Position numbers and translations under genes: made by a program. A stretch of 64,000 nt of DNA, from NCBI GenBank assembly GCA_030429975.1, contig JAUIGB010000001.1, positions 44,190 through 108,189 of the forward strand. The letters are read 5' to 3'. The notes under the pieces were generated by a model. It saw only the letters and a list, made by a program, of their open reading frames with translations, made no database searches and was not told where the DNA came from. Source of the stretch: a bacterium. GTDB taxonomy: Bacteria > Patescibacteriota > Saccharimonadia > Saccharimonadales > Saccharimonadaceae. Positions 1 through 10,663 of the stretch are shown here, piece after piece. Position 1 is the first letter of the stretch, and every line of letters starts with the position of its first letter.

Positions 1-128
1 GCCTAGGCAGTTACAACCTAGCGCAACTAGCAGACATAGCACTACACCTAGATAAATTGCTAAAAAATGAAGAGAGCCCGCCGAAAGACGGCACCGATGA
101 ATCGGCGGGTCTCTCTGGCGAGCTCTAG
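1..128 (+). CDS. Possible 3' end of a gene entering the window (…LGSYNLAQLADIALHLDKLLKNEE…)
   Basis: Frame 3 is open from the window edge to TAG at 126-128; no recognisable motif. Confidence 0.3.
   Translation, partial: LGSYNLAQLADIALHLDKLLKNEESPPKDGTDESAGLSGEL
71..116. terminator. GC-rich hairpin between convergent genes
   Basis: AGAGAGCCCGCCGA … TCGGCGGGTCTCTCT inverted repeat; no clear U-tract. Confidence 0.55.
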
Positions 129-148
129 TAGCTTCGCATTATTTGTGA

Positions 149-1066
149 CTACTGACTGCCCTCGTACTCGAGACGTGACGCATCGACTACGGGCTGGATG
201 TTGCGATGCATCTGACGCGCAGTCCATCCGACATGAGCAGGAAAGTACCTAGCTAGCGCTGAGTAACGCGGAACACTGGCGTACAGTCGCCTACCCTTGA
301 CTGCCCGTAGCATTCCCTTGACGGCATGTTTCGGGTCGCGTTCTTTGTGGCCAAAGCCCAATAGTCGGTTCGACTTCATCAGTAGCCTCGGCAGGCTCCT
401 CTTGAAGTTGTCTTCCATCGGGCTGGTGTGTTCGGAAAGCAACAATACTCCCGAGCGCGCACCGGTACCGATTAGTTCGAGGTTGCACCACTCTGCCAGC
501 TTGATGACGTGCGCCTTGGATGCGTTGTACGCACCCATCAACATCAAGGGCACGATTCCACCGTTCGAGGCGTTGGACAATACGAACTTGTCCCTGCCCT
601 TGATGAACGGCTTGCAGGCATAGATGGTGTTGTACGTCCCCTGTTCGTTCACGGCGCAGACACTGCGATAGCGTTCGGGGTCGTTTTCGAACGTCGTCAC
701 GTCGGCCTTGCCGGCATTCGCGATGACGATATCGATGTCACCCATCCAGTGCACGGCAACCTCGGCCGCCACCTGTATCTGAACCAGATCAGTGGTATCC
801 GCGACGTACGCGTAGGCGCGTTTACCTAAACAATCAGCAACACCGTAAACATTCGGATTGATATCCACCAAAAACACCGTAGCGCCACGGTCCACCAGCG
901 CCTTTGCGAATTTGGCGCCCAAGCCACGCTCGTCACCAGCACCCGTCAGAAAGACACGTTTGCCCTCTAGCGATATGCGGTTACGCGCGCCGAACGACAC
1001 CAGTATGCACAGCGCAAAAAACGCCAGTACAAACAGCACGTTCACCAAGATAACTGTGCCCACCAA
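149..1066 (-). CDS. Short-chain dehydrogenase/reductase with N-terminal TM anchor
   Basis: TGAGDERGLG glycine-rich motif, NAG, catalytic YNASK; SD AGGAGGTG at 1071-1078. Confidence 0.9.
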   Translation of the reverse strand: MVGTVILVNVLFVLAFFALCILVSFGARNRISLEGKRVFLTGAGDERGLGAKFAKALVDRGATVFLVDINPNVYGVADCLGKRAYAYVADTTDLVQIQVAAEVAVHWMGDIDIVIANAGKADVTTFENDPERYRSVCAVNEQGTYNTIYACKPFIKGRDKFVLSNASNGGIVPLMLMGAYNASKAHVIKLAEWCNLELIGTGARSGVLLLSEHTSPMEDNFKRSLPRLLMKSNRLLGFGHKERDPKHAVKGMLRAVKGRRLYASVPRYSALARYFPAHVGWTARQMHRNIQPVVDASRLEYEGSQ

Positions 1067-1177
1067 TTGGCACCTCCTAGGATAGTAGTTTGAATAGCAA
1101 AGCTCTAAAAGTACTCTCTAAAGCCCACTATATCGAGTTGGACTAATTACACCAAAAAATATGAAAAAGTCAATAGT

Positions 1178-3529
1178 CTAGTGCCCGACCTTGGAGTTAT
1201 AATTTCGCAACTGCAACCATGCCGTAACGCCAATCAACGTAGTTATCATCAACCACCAGTACCATGCTATTTCAAATGAATCATCATTGACTATTGCCTT
1301 GGCCTCTTCGCCATTTACTGTCTCTTCCCCTAATATGGTCGGCTTTTGTGATTGTCGGTCACTAGGATCGCTAGATGCCGTAGAAGCCGTAACAATATTG
1401 TTGTTATCGTAGCTCGGTTCGTCGGTATTGTTTGCGCTGAATAAACCATATGGCAAATCCAAAGGTATCGTCGCCTCATGGGTTGCATAAACAGACTCGC
1501 CTGGTGTGTTATCGGCGGTCAACGCCGTGATGGCAAAATCATAATCCAGATTGTTGTCGATATCAGTAATGTTTATTGTTGTTCGACTGGGCTCTATGAC
1601 ACCTATAGACGTACCGTTTATACTCAACATCAGTTTGTCTGTCAGTGGGTCATTGACCGAATCCCATGTAAGTTTTAGCGTACTAACGCCCTCAACGCTC
1701 TCGACTACAGTTATATTCAGATTTTCTGGCGCACTAGCCAACGCCGCCGGTAGCTCGTACGTTCCGATTTTTACTACTGCCGACATATTCGCAATTGTAT
1801 CGTTCGAACCAGTCACGCGCACCTGCATGTAGCCATCAAAAAGTTCTGTGTAAGTGTGATTGATTACTGGATTCGTAGTTGTTTCTTCGAATACACCATC
1901 ACCATCAAAATCCCATTCATATTTGGTTATCGTGCCGTCGATAATGTACGAACCACTGGCATCAAACGTGATTTCTTGGCCGATATCCGCCAAATATTCC
2001 GTATTCGTCAAAAACGGCACTGGTCGGTTTTGGGTTTTGTCGAAGGCTTTGTCCATAGCATCCGCAATATCGTCAGTAAACGAGACTACCTGGCCAGATG
2101 TATCCAGTGCCAGTTGTTCGTACTCGTCGACATATTCGTCCGGCACCACTGGATAGACATTGACGGGATCGATGGCTAGGGCTGTGCGAGCAACAATGTC
2201 CCGAGTTGTATGATACCTGTCCGGATCCTCCACCCTAGGATTACCGGTAATGAGTATTAGTGACTTGCTTGCACCATACATCCAATCCAGACTATTCATT
2301 GAATGATTTAGGGCGTACAATGTTGCACCCTGTGGCGAACCTGGCACACCCAAGACAATATAATTAACAATGTCGTTATCCATGAAAAAATCAAATGGAT
2401 ATGCATCAAATGGTAGTCCTAATACGTAGGTATTGATAAGATCTCCACCAATAAAATTGCCCGTATACGTCATCACTGAAAACTTTCCGTTTCTCTCGAC
2501 CGTCTTCGGAATCAGTTCACGTAATTTTTGACGAATTTCGTTAAGATCCAAGCCTGACTGCTCTGATGTGTCAATCAAAAATACCACGTTCTGCCCATTC
2601 ACACCCATACCAAAGTGATATTTAGTATCAATCGGATACGTAGGTGTTCTCGGTTCTTTACCTGCTATTGCCTGTTTTAATAAATGCGATGCCTTCCATG
2701 CAGCCCACTCTATCCCCTTACCGGGATCTGCATAAGTACCGTGTCCTTCATCTTGCCAGGGCCAGAAACCACTCCCGCATATTGCGTCTACAGAATGACA
2801 CCAGACGCCAGTTTTTGACACCATATCAGGTGGCACGTACGGATCCCTCGCGCCCAAGCTACCTTGTCTCATCCAGCAACTACCTAATGTCTCTCTGTAC
2901 ATGGACCATGAAGATTTACCATCACTACATGGAGCTGACGCATTTGACCAAGGTTGTCCATTTCCCTCTGGAAAATACGTTTTTGGATCACCAAGCATAG
3001 CAACGAAGACAATTCTGTCCTTTATATAGTCTGGTATCTCACGTAAAGCATTACCGATCACATGTGCGCCCTGTGAATAACCACCTAGAATATAGTAGGA
3101 TCCATGAGATTTACATTTTTCATAACGTTGATTTAAGTAATGATGCATTTCTATTACGCCACTACGTACGCTCTCGGAATACTCACCCGCTTCCCCTGCG
3201 CTAACGCGTGCTGTTAAGCCAACCGTCGCCAGATTTGGCCAACCGTTTACTTTGACGGCCTTATACTTGGAGCCTCCATATTTTTCAGTACCAAGTTCAT
3301 AATGATTTGGTATATATTCTGATTCCAGCCTCAAATTTAGCTGATCAACAAACTTTTCATAAGTGACGCCCCTCAAGGTTTGACCTGATCCACGAGCAAA
3401 AAACGTCTCTACCTTACTACATGGGTTATCCATTTCGCGTGCGAATGAGGTTTGCGTACCTTGTATAATAAATAATCCCGAGGCTAGGAGTACTAGTAAT
3501 TTTATTGCTGTGATTAGTGTGGTGGACAT
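1178..3529 (-). CDS. Secreted, membrane-anchored cutinase-family esterase with vWA-like, PKD and FN3-like domains
   Basis: Signal peptide; FARGS, GYSQGA nucleophile elbow, DAIC…GH; VVFLIDTS (vWA-like); FDASGS…YEWDFDGDG (PKD); C-terminal TM helix. Confidence 0.85.
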   Translation of the reverse strand: MSTTLITAIKLLVLLASGLFIIQGTQTSFAREMDNPCSKVETFFARGSGQTLRGVTYEKFVDQLNLRLESEYIPNHYELGTEKYGGSKYKAVKVNGWPNLATVGLTARVSAGEAGEYSESVRSGVIEMHHYLNQRYEKCKSHGSYYILGGYSQGAHVIGNALREIPDYIKDRIVFVAMLGDPKTYFPEGNGQPWSNASAPCSDGKSSWSMYRETLGSCWMRQGSLGARDPYVPPDMVSKTGVWCHSVDAICGSGFWPWQDEGHGTYADPGKGIEWAAWKASHLLKQAIAGKEPRTPTYPIDTKYHFGMGVNGQNVVFLIDTSEQSGLDLNEIRQKLRELIPKTVERNGKFSVMTYTGNFIGGDLINTYVLGLPFDAYPFDFFMDNDIVNYIVLGVPGSPQGATLYALNHSMNSLDWMYGASKSLILITGNPRVEDPDRYHTTRDIVARTALAIDPVNVYPVVPDEYVDEYEQLALDTSGQVVSFTDDIADAMDKAFDKTQNRPVPFLTNTEYLADIGQEITFDASGSYIIDGTITKYEWDFDGDGVFEETTTNPVINHTYTELFDGYMQVRVTGSNDTIANMSAVVKIGTYELPAALASAPENLNITVVESVEGVSTLKLTWDSVNDPLTDKLMLSINGTSIGVIEPSRTTINITDIDNNLDYDFAITALTADNTPGESVYATHEATIPLDLPYGLFSANNTDEPSYDNNNIVTASTASSDPSDRQSQKPTILGEETVNGEEAKAIVNDDSFEIAWYWWLMITTLIGVTAWLQLRNYNSKVGH

Positions 3530-3543
3530 ATTGTGCTTTCTTG

Positions 3544-3987
3544 TTACTGCATATGTAAGCTAACAGTTGGTGGATCAGATTTGGAATTACTCCTTAATGC
3601 GATGATTTGAACCTGGTAGCCCTCAACAAATCCGTACATGGTACAAAAGTTGCCGTTTTGAGCAACCTGCTCTGGATCACAACCATTACGAATTTTTACA
3701 TCTGCCCATCCGGATCGTTTAACTGCATTGATTATGTCATCCTGTGTTGCCGTACTGTCCATATCCCAATTACGCGTCAAGCTTGGACATGCGCTGGCAC
3801 ATATCGTCGCTGGTGGATTCGAGCTACTCTGCACTAGTGTCCACGAACTATCTGGCTGGAACTGGTCGGCTACCGCTTCTATGTCGTCTGTCGTGCCGGT
3901 CCACATCAACCAATAGATAAATCCACCGACAATTACAACCGGAGGTAACGCAAACAATAATATTTTTCGCCACTTCTTATTCATCAC
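3544..3987 (-). CDS. Hypothetical membrane-anchored protein
   Basis: N-terminal TM helix, paired cysteines; 14 nt upstream of the cutinase gene. Confidence 0.75.
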   Translation of the reverse strand: MMNKKWRKILLFALPPVVIVGGFIYWLMWTGTTDDIEAVADQFQPDSSWTLVQSSSNPPATICASACPSLTRNWDMDSTATQDDIINAVKRSGWADVKIRNGCDPEQVAQNGNFCTMYGFVEGYQVQIIALRSNSKSDPPTVSLHMQ

Positions 3988-4058
3988 AAAATCCCACCCT
4001 TATTAACTATCCGCAATAGTAATACGAATAACAGATGTGGTCAAGGCTGTGTTTTTAT

Positions 4059-6272
4059 TTAAACCTGTTCGTCTTCATCACTGCCACCATCCAACTGATC
4101 TAGGCTAGTGACTAATACATCGCGAGGTTTGCTGTTTCCGCTGGCTTGGCCGACTATTCCTTGGTCTTCCATGGTATCTATGTATCTAGCGGCCTTGGCG
4201 TAGCCTATGCCTAGGCGTCGTTGCAATAGGCTGGCGCTGGCTTTGCCAGTGTCTACTACTATGCGTAGGGCTTCCTGATACGTCGGATCGCCACTGGTAT
4301 CGGTATCGAAGTTCATAACCACACCACCTTTTCCATTTAGCTGTACCGGCTGGCTGACGATTTCGTCATTGTATTGTGGCGCCGACTGCATACGCAGATG
4401 GTCGTTTATCTTGCCGACTTCGTCATCCGTTACCCATGCACCCTGGATACGTTTTGGCTTGCTCATGCTAGGTGTCAGAATCAACATGTCACCTTTGCCC
4501 AGTAGTTTTTCGGCGCCAGCCTGATCTAGGATAGTACGGCTGTCCACCTGGCTGGCCACGGTAAACGCGATACGCGCAGGTATGTTGGCCTTTATCAAAC
4601 CAGTGATGATATCTACGGACGGACGCTGAGTCGCCAGTACTAGATGTATACCGACGGCACGTGCTTTTTGCGCCAGACGGACCACTAGTGCCTCGACATC
4701 GCGCGCTGCGACCATCATTAGGTCTGCCAACTCGTCGATGACAATCACGATGTATGGCATCGCGCCACCTTCCTGATGTTGCTGTTCGTTGCCTTCTTCG
4801 TCCTTTACTGTAATCTTGCCCTTGCCGACACTCATCTTTTTGTTGTAACTGTTGATATCACGTACCTTTTCGGCGGCCAATAGTTTGTAGCGACGTTCCA
4901 TTTCGTTTACTGCCCATTTCAACGCGCTGATTGTCTTTTCTGGTTCTGTAATAATTGGCGTCAACAGGTGCGGAATATCCTCGTACGGAGCCATTTCTAC
5001 CTGTTTTGGATCCACTAGTATCAACTTCATTTCGCTAGGACTATTACGATATAGCAGGCTGGTCAGCAATGTATTTATCATGACGGATTTACCGCTACCG
5101 GTCTGACCGGCAATCAACAGGTGTGGCATCTGGTTTAATTCGCCTATCACGGCTTCGCCAGAAATATCACGGCCCACGCCAAATGATAACGGCTCGCGCG
5201 CTGTTTCCCACTGCTTGGACGTTAGTATTCCATGTAATCGTACGTCCGCCGCCTTACGGTTGGGCACTTCTATACCTACGGCCTTTTGACCAGGAATTGG
5301 CGCTTCTATCCGTAGTGATTGCGCAGCCAGATTTAGCGCGATGTTCGTTTCTAGTGCCGTGATGCGTGTCAATTTGACCCCACTAGGCGGTTTCAATGTA
5401 TACTGCGTTACTTTCGGACCAATATTGGCGCCTTCCATATCCACGTCGATACTAAACTCGCTCAGTGTGTCTTTGATAATCTGCGCGTTTTGAGTAACAT
5501 CGCCCGCGTCAGCCGGACTTTGCTTTTTCTCTAATAATTCTAGGCTAGGTGCCTTCCAATTCGGATCGGTTACAGATACGAGCGCCGTTTGTTCTTCGGC
5601 TGCTTTATCCTGTTTGACGCTGTCTTTTAGCGTTGACCGCGACTTGGACTCGTCTACTGTTTCGACACCAGCATTCATCTTGAATTCCTTCATTGATTTC
5701 TTGCCGTCGTCTTCGGACGCCTGTCGCATGATTTCAATATTATCGTCGTCGAACTTCTCGGTTCGTATTAACTGCCATAACTTCTGAATCATAGCGAATG
5801 GCGAAATCCTAGCGACGAACAATACCGTTAGTAGAACCAATAATACATATATAAAGATAGCAACGGGACTATCAACCAGTGCCAACACTATTTCGTTCAT
5901 ATTCTGACCTACCCAGCCACCCTGAGTAGCACCAAAAACCAGACCAGACAAACCAGCCACCCATATCAACAACAATCCTGTCGCGAATTTCATGACCATA
6001 GGTAGTTTGTTCTGTTCGGCGCGGAATATCTCGACCGCGACGTATGTAAATAATACCGGTATAACGAACACGGCATAGCCAATCGACGCCAGCGCGGCCT
6101 CTTGCACCCAATCCAACACTGGTCCGCCAACGCCAAACCACGCGACCACTAGCAACACCGAAATCGCTATGAGCGCGAGCGCTAGTACCTGTTGCCAAAA
6201 GCCAGCAGGTAAGACATGGGATGGTGTCTCTTTTACCGCTTTTCTTTTTGTTTTTCGTCTGCGTTTAGCCAT
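4059..6272 (-). CDS. ftsK: DNA translocase FtsK
   Basis: N-terminal TMs, GQTGSGKS Walker A, IDELADLMM, ATQRPS, gamma domain SASLLQRRLGIGY. Confidence 0.97.
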   Translation of the reverse strand: MAKRRRKTKRKAVKETPSHVLPAGFWQQVLALALIAISVLLVVAWFGVGGPVLDWVQEAALASIGYAVFVIPVLFTYVAVEIFRAEQNKLPMVMKFATGLLLIWVAGLSGLVFGATQGGWVGQNMNEIVLALVDSPVAIFIYVLLVLLTVLFVARISPFAMIQKLWQLIRTEKFDDDNIEIMRQASEDDGKKSMKEFKMNAGVETVDESKSRSTLKDSVKQDKAAEEQTALVSVTDPNWKAPSLELLEKKQSPADAGDVTQNAQIIKDTLSEFSIDVDMEGANIGPKVTQYTLKPPSGVKLTRITALETNIALNLAAQSLRIEAPIPGQKAVGIEVPNRKAADVRLHGILTSKQWETAREPLSFGVGRDISGEAVIGELNQMPHLLIAGQTGSGKSVMINTLLTSLLYRNSPSEMKLILVDPKQVEMAPYEDIPHLLTPIITEPEKTISALKWAVNEMERRYKLLAAEKVRDINSYNKKMSVGKGKITVKDEEGNEQQHQEGGAMPYIVIVIDELADLMMVAARDVEALVVRLAQKARAVGIHLVLATQRPSVDIITGLIKANIPARIAFTVASQVDSRTILDQAGAEKLLGKGDMLILTPSMSKPKRIQGAWVTDDEVGKINDHLRMQSAPQYNDEIVSQPVQLNGKGGVVMNFDTDTSGDPTYQEALRIVVDTGKASASLLQRRLGIGYAKAARYIDTMEDQGIVGQASGNSKPRDVLVTSLDQLDGGSDEDEQV

Positions 6273-6407
6273 CTTTTTATATTATACTGGTTTTTACTCT
6301 GTATATTATAGCAAATTTTACTACATTTTGCAATAGGCTTATGTTTTACATATCTGTTGTAAAATTTTATAATTAACTTACTGTCCACCATATTCTAGGA
6401 GTGTGAA

Positions 6408-6842
6408 GTGTTCGTATCCAGAAAGGTCTATGACCCCCAGGAGTTGTTCGAAATCCATGGCAATGCCCAGGAGGAACATTTCCTGCGCATCGACTTCGTC
6501 GATGGTCATCCGTCAATCTACGGTTATCCCAGCTGGGATAACTACCCCAACCCCTGGCCCCTGCGCCTGAGCATGAGGGACCTGCCGGCCGAGATCGACC
6601 TGCAATTGCAGTTGGTCCGGACCTCAATCGCAATCAAACTGCGCGGTCGAGGCGGCGAGGATCTGGTCGAGATGATCAATCGTCCCGACAACACGCCGTT
6701 CATCATGCACCTCGGCGAGGATATGGAGCCGCTCCTGGTCTATCGCGCGTTCCGTGACATGTGGTTCGGCGACAAGGACGCAGTAGTCCTGCCTCGAGTC
6801 AGGCGCTTCGTGCCGGTGGAACCGCACGAGGTAGTCGGCTGA
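6408..6842 (+). CDS. Hypothetical protein (GC-rich orphan)
   Basis: SD AGGAG before GTG, upstream TATAAT, C/G-ending codons, followed by terminator. Confidence 0.7.
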   Translation: MFVSRKVYDPQELFEIHGNAQEEHFLRIDFVDGHPSIYGYPSWDNYPNPWPLRLSMRDLPAEIDLQLQLVRTSIAIKLRGRGGEDLVEMINRPDNTPFIMHLGEDMEPLLVYRAFRDMWFGDKDAVVLPRVRRFVPVEPHEVVG

Positions 6843-6866
6843 CAGTACGCCTCGACGCCAGCAACG

Positions 6867-6900
6867 AAAAAACCTCGTCGCTGTAGCGTCGAGGTTTTTT
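6867..6900. terminator. Bidirectional intrinsic terminator
   Basis: AAAAAA-CCTCGTCGCT-GT-AGCGTCGAGG-TTTTTT. Confidence 0.85.
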
Positions 6901-6912
6901 CTATTCTAGATA

Positions 6913-9039
6913 TTAGAACGATGGAGTTTCGCTTGGTGCACGCAGCGCCGGATCTACCGTTTCCGTATCTGGATATTGCTTTGGTGGAAACTTTTTCGGT
7001 CCCACGTTGTGCATTACTTTTGGCCTATTGGCGTGTGGTTTGCCGTTATCTTGGCGATTTTGCGAACCACCACCAATCTCATTTATCACCGGGATAACAA
7101 TAGGTGTTCGACGCGTTTGGTCATACAAGATATGAGTAATCTCGTCCTTTATTTCCTTTTTTATCTGGTCAATGTCGATGTTCTTGCCAGACAGACTGCG
7201 AGCAACTTTTTGCTTTAGGTACTGTCGTATCATGCCCATCAATTCTTCGCTATCGCGCAGATATATAAATCCACGACTGATGATATCTGGGCTGGTAAGC
7301 AAACGTCCACTACCCCTCTGTACCGTTAGGATTACGACGAACATTCCTTCGTTCGCCATATGTATACGATCTTTTAGCACGACTTCGCTGACAATCGCCC
7401 CGCTGTCATCGTACATGATTCCACCTACAGGTACTCGGCCATTCTTTTTGACACCATTAGGAGTTATCTCGATTACATCACCGCTGTCACAGACAAAGAT
7501 ATTGTCGCGCGGAATAGCGCATTCTTTTTCCGCCAGGCGGGCATTGTGTACCAACATATGGAACTCACCGTGAATTGGCATGTAGTATGTCGGATTGAGA
7601 GCGTTGATTAGCCGTACGTGGTCATCGTAATAGCCATGTCCCGACAAGTGAATACGTCCGATTCCATGAAGGTGCGTTTTGCGATCACGAATAACTTCGC
7701 TACCTTCGCGCATCAAACCATCAACAGTACGTACGATGTATTTCTCGTTGCCAGGAATCGCGCTACTACTAAACACGATGATATCGCTACCCTTAACCTT
7801 TAGGTGCTTGTGTGAACCACTAGCCATTCGATTGAGGACAGCGTTGAATTCACCCTGTGAACCGGTACATAGTACTACTACCTTACTATCAGGAAGTTTT
7901 ACTACGTCCTCCATTTTTACGATGGTGTCTTTTGGAATCTTTATGGTTCCAGTTCGTAATGCAACCTCAGTATTTTGAATCATGCTGTATCCCGCAATCG
8001 CAACTTTTCGGCCGTGTTTGTGAGCTTCTTCCATGATCATCTGCAGACGATGTAATTGGCTAGAGAAAGTTGATACGATGATTCGGCTATTTACGTGCTT
8101 GGTAAATATATCACCTATACTTTCCTTGATATCAAACTCTCCGTGCTGATGGGTACCCTCGTCTTCACAGTTGGTACTTTCGTTCATCAACAACAAAATA
8201 CCTTCCTTGGTCGCAATTTCGGTCAAACGCTCGAGGTCAAATTTAACACCATCTACGGGATTTTCCTCAAATCGCCAGTCGCCTGTGTCTACCAGAACGC
8301 CGAGAGGCGTACGTATAACCACCGCGGACGCGTCCGGAATAGAATGACATACTCGGACCAATTCAATATTGAAGCTATCCCCTAGTTGTACTCGTTCGTG
8401 CTTTTCAGGATCCACCTCATGATATTCGGGTTCATAACCATCCATGGATTCTTCCATGGTTCGCTTTATCATAGCCAGCGTAAAGCGACTGGCATACACG
8501 GGAACCTGCAGTTTGGACAATATATGCCGCGCCGCACCGATGTGATCTAGGTGTCCGTGAGTGAACACGATACCACGAAGTTTATGCTTGTTCTGTTCTA
8601 GATATGTCACATCTGGCGTGATGTAGTTGATTCCTGGGTAATCACCGCCCGGGAACAAGAAGCCACAGTCAATGATAATAATGTCATCCTCATATTCGAT
8701 GGCCATCATATTTTTGCCGATACCCATTTCGCCTAATCCACCGATAGGTATAACCTTGACGACCGGACCCTTTGTTGGCGGTCGTTTCTTGGCGATAGCC
8801 ATACTAAATTGCTGTCCACCATAGCCATTAAACTCTGATTTGTTAACAGGGATGTTAATCATATGCTGACTAGCGCGCAAGTTTACATTTTCTGACATTC
8901 GACGTTGCGCACGAAACACTTCGCCTTTTCGCGTATTGGTGTTATTCAATACGGTATTGTTGGATTTTTGCCTTTGCTGGTTAGATGGTCGTTTACTTTG
9001 ATCATCAGGAGCAGCTTTGGCGAGTCTACGTTGACCCAT
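6913..9039 (-). CDS. rnj: Ribonuclease J
   Basis: GGLGEMGIGKNM, THGHLDHIG metallo-beta-lactamase motif, HLSGH, PIHGE; basic N-terminal extension. Confidence 0.96.
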   Translation of the reverse strand: MGQRRLAKAAPDDQSKRPSNQQRQKSNNTVLNNTNTRKGEVFRAQRRMSENVNLRASQHMINIPVNKSEFNGYGGQQFSMAIAKKRPPTKGPVVKVIPIGGLGEMGIGKNMMAIEYEDDIIIIDCGFLFPGGDYPGINYITPDVTYLEQNKHKLRGIVFTHGHLDHIGAARHILSKLQVPVYASRFTLAMIKRTMEESMDGYEPEYHEVDPEKHERVQLGDSFNIELVRVCHSIPDASAVVIRTPLGVLVDTGDWRFEENPVDGVKFDLERLTEIATKEGILLLMNESTNCEDEGTHQHGEFDIKESIGDIFTKHVNSRIIVSTFSSQLHRLQMIMEEAHKHGRKVAIAGYSMIQNTEVALRTGTIKIPKDTIVKMEDVVKLPDSKVVVLCTGSQGEFNAVLNRMASGSHKHLKVKGSDIIVFSSSAIPGNEKYIVRTVDGLMREGSEVIRDRKTHLHGIGRIHLSGHGYYDDHVRLINALNPTYYMPIHGEFHMLVHNARLAEKECAIPRDNIFVCDSGDVIEITPNGVKKNGRVPVGGIMYDDSGAIVSEVVLKDRIHMANEGMFVVILTVQRGSGRLLTSPDIISRGFIYLRDSEELMGMIRQYLKQKVARSLSGKNIDIDQIKKEIKDEITHILYDQTRRTPIVIPVINEIGGGSQNRQDNGKPHANRPKVMHNVGPKKFPPKQYPDTETVDPALRAPSETPSF

Positions 9040-9215
9040 TTTTGTTATTTCTCCTTATTAGAGTCACCCACGCATGGGGACCCCAATTTATTTAATTAAT
9101 TCTATATTTTCTCATTTAGCTATATAAGTTTGGGAACCGGTCGTTTCTGAAATCTGTATTCCCCAATAGTTACCCCTATTGTATCACAGATTACATGATT
9201 ACGCAAGCGCTTCTA

Positions 9216-10046
9216 TTATTTCTTTGCGTTGTGAATGACCCTCTGAGGGAAAGGAATCTCTATTCCTTGCTTGTCAAAGGCCTGCTTTAGGCGTGTCCTG
9301 TATTCACCTGCCACGTTCCATTGTTCTAGGGTTGCTGTTTTACCTACGGCTTTTAGATTCACACTGGAATCTCCAAAGCTATTGAGGCGGAGAAAGGCTA
9401 TCGGTTCGATAATACGATCTTTCCACTCCTCATCTTCTGCCATTTCTTGACCGACTTCATTGATAATCTTTTCTGCTTTTCGTACGTCGGCATCATAACT
9501 GATACCCACGTCTATAACCACGCCTGAATACTCCATAGTCATGTTTTGCACGGTGTTAATTTCGCCGTTTGGCACATAGTACACGCTACCATCCAGGTCG
9601 CGTAGTTTCGTCATGCGAATACTGACGCTTTCGACGAGCCCGCTATGTCCCGCAATCGTCACGACGTCACCTACCCTGTATTGGTTTTCCAAAATGATAA
9701 AAATACCACTCAGAAAATCCTTTACCGTGCTCTGCGCCCCAAAACCAATCACGATACCAATAAGTCCCGCGCCAGTCGCAAGCGCAGCCAAATTCACGTT
9801 AAACTCGTTTAGTATCAAGATTACGCCAATTAGCCAAATCGCAACGGTCAAAGCAGTCCTAAACAAACCTGTTAGGGTTTTTTCGCGCTGTCGTTCTTCT
9901 GACTTACTCTTGTATTTATTACTTCGTACGGCTTTTTCTACTACACGACCAATATAATCACGCACGACTAACTGTATACCGGCCAACACTGCTACATACA
10001 GCAGTATCCGAAACCACATTCCTCCATCAAAAACTAAATCAAACAT
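9216..10046 (-). CDS. mscS: Small-conductance mechanosensitive channel
   Basis: IGFGAQSTVKDFLSG, YRVGD, VPNG, GIEIPFPQR. Confidence 0.92.
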   Translation of the reverse strand: MFDLVFDGGMWFRILLYVAVLAGIQLVVRDYIGRVVEKAVRSNKYKSKSEERQREKTLTGLFRTALTVAIWLIGVILILNEFNVNLAALATGAGLIGIVIGFGAQSTVKDFLSGIFIILENQYRVGDVVTIAGHSGLVESVSIRMTKLRDLDGSVYYVPNGEINTVQNMTMEYSGVVIDVGISYDADVRKAEKIINEVGQEMAEDEEWKDRIIEPIAFLRLNSFGDSSVNLKAVGKTATLEQWNVAGEYRTRLKQAFDKQGIEIPFPQRVIHNAKK

Positions 10047-10065
10047 ACTTCTAGCGTAACATGTA

Positions 10066-10638
10066 TCAGAGCTTGGCTACAACTTGAGGAACCTGTAGAA
10101 AATCATCTATTAACGTCTGACGCATACCGCCGTTATAAAGCGCCGCCGCCGGATGATACAGGGGTATTATTACTAACTTATCATCACCAAACTGTATGCG
10201 CTTTGCCTGTCCATGTATTTGGCTGATTTTCATATCTGGCAAAAAGTATTCCATGCTATGCCTGCCGAGTGTAATTACCACTTTGGGTTGGATTATTTGT
10301 AATTGCTTTAATAAATACGGCCAAAAAGCCTTTTTTTCCTCTGGCAAAGGGTCGCGGTTATTTGGCGGACGGTATTTTACGATGTTCGTTATAAACACGT
10401 CGCTTCTATCCATATCGGCGGCGGCCAACATTTCGTTGAGGAATTTTCCTGCGGCGCCCACGAATGGCAGGCCTTGCTCATCTTCCTTTTTACCAGGCGC
10501 CTCGCCGATAAACACGATGTCCGCATCGATATTCCCATCCCCCATAACTAGATTCGTTGCGCCAGACGCTAATTCTGGACAAATATTATTATCCAAAATC
10601 GCCTGGCGCACCTTGTCCAAATCTGCCTGTTTTCCCAT
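10066..10638 (-). CDS. Uracil-DNA glycosylase, family 4
   Basis: GEAPG, PFVGAAG, KYRPPNNRDP, YHPAA; start moved to MGKQ (ATG 10638). Confidence 0.93.
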   Translation of the reverse strand: MGKQADLDKVRQAILDNNICPELASGATNLVMGDGNIDADIVFIGEAPGKKEDEQGLPFVGAAGKFLNEMLAAADMDRSDVFITNIVKYRPPNNRDPLPEEKKAFWPYLLKQLQIIQPKVVITLGRHSMEYFLPDMKISQIHGQAKRIQFGDDKLVIIPLYHPAAALYNGGMRQTLIDDFLQVPQVVAKL

Positions 10639-10663
10639 ATTCCAATAGTATAGCAGGCAAATA

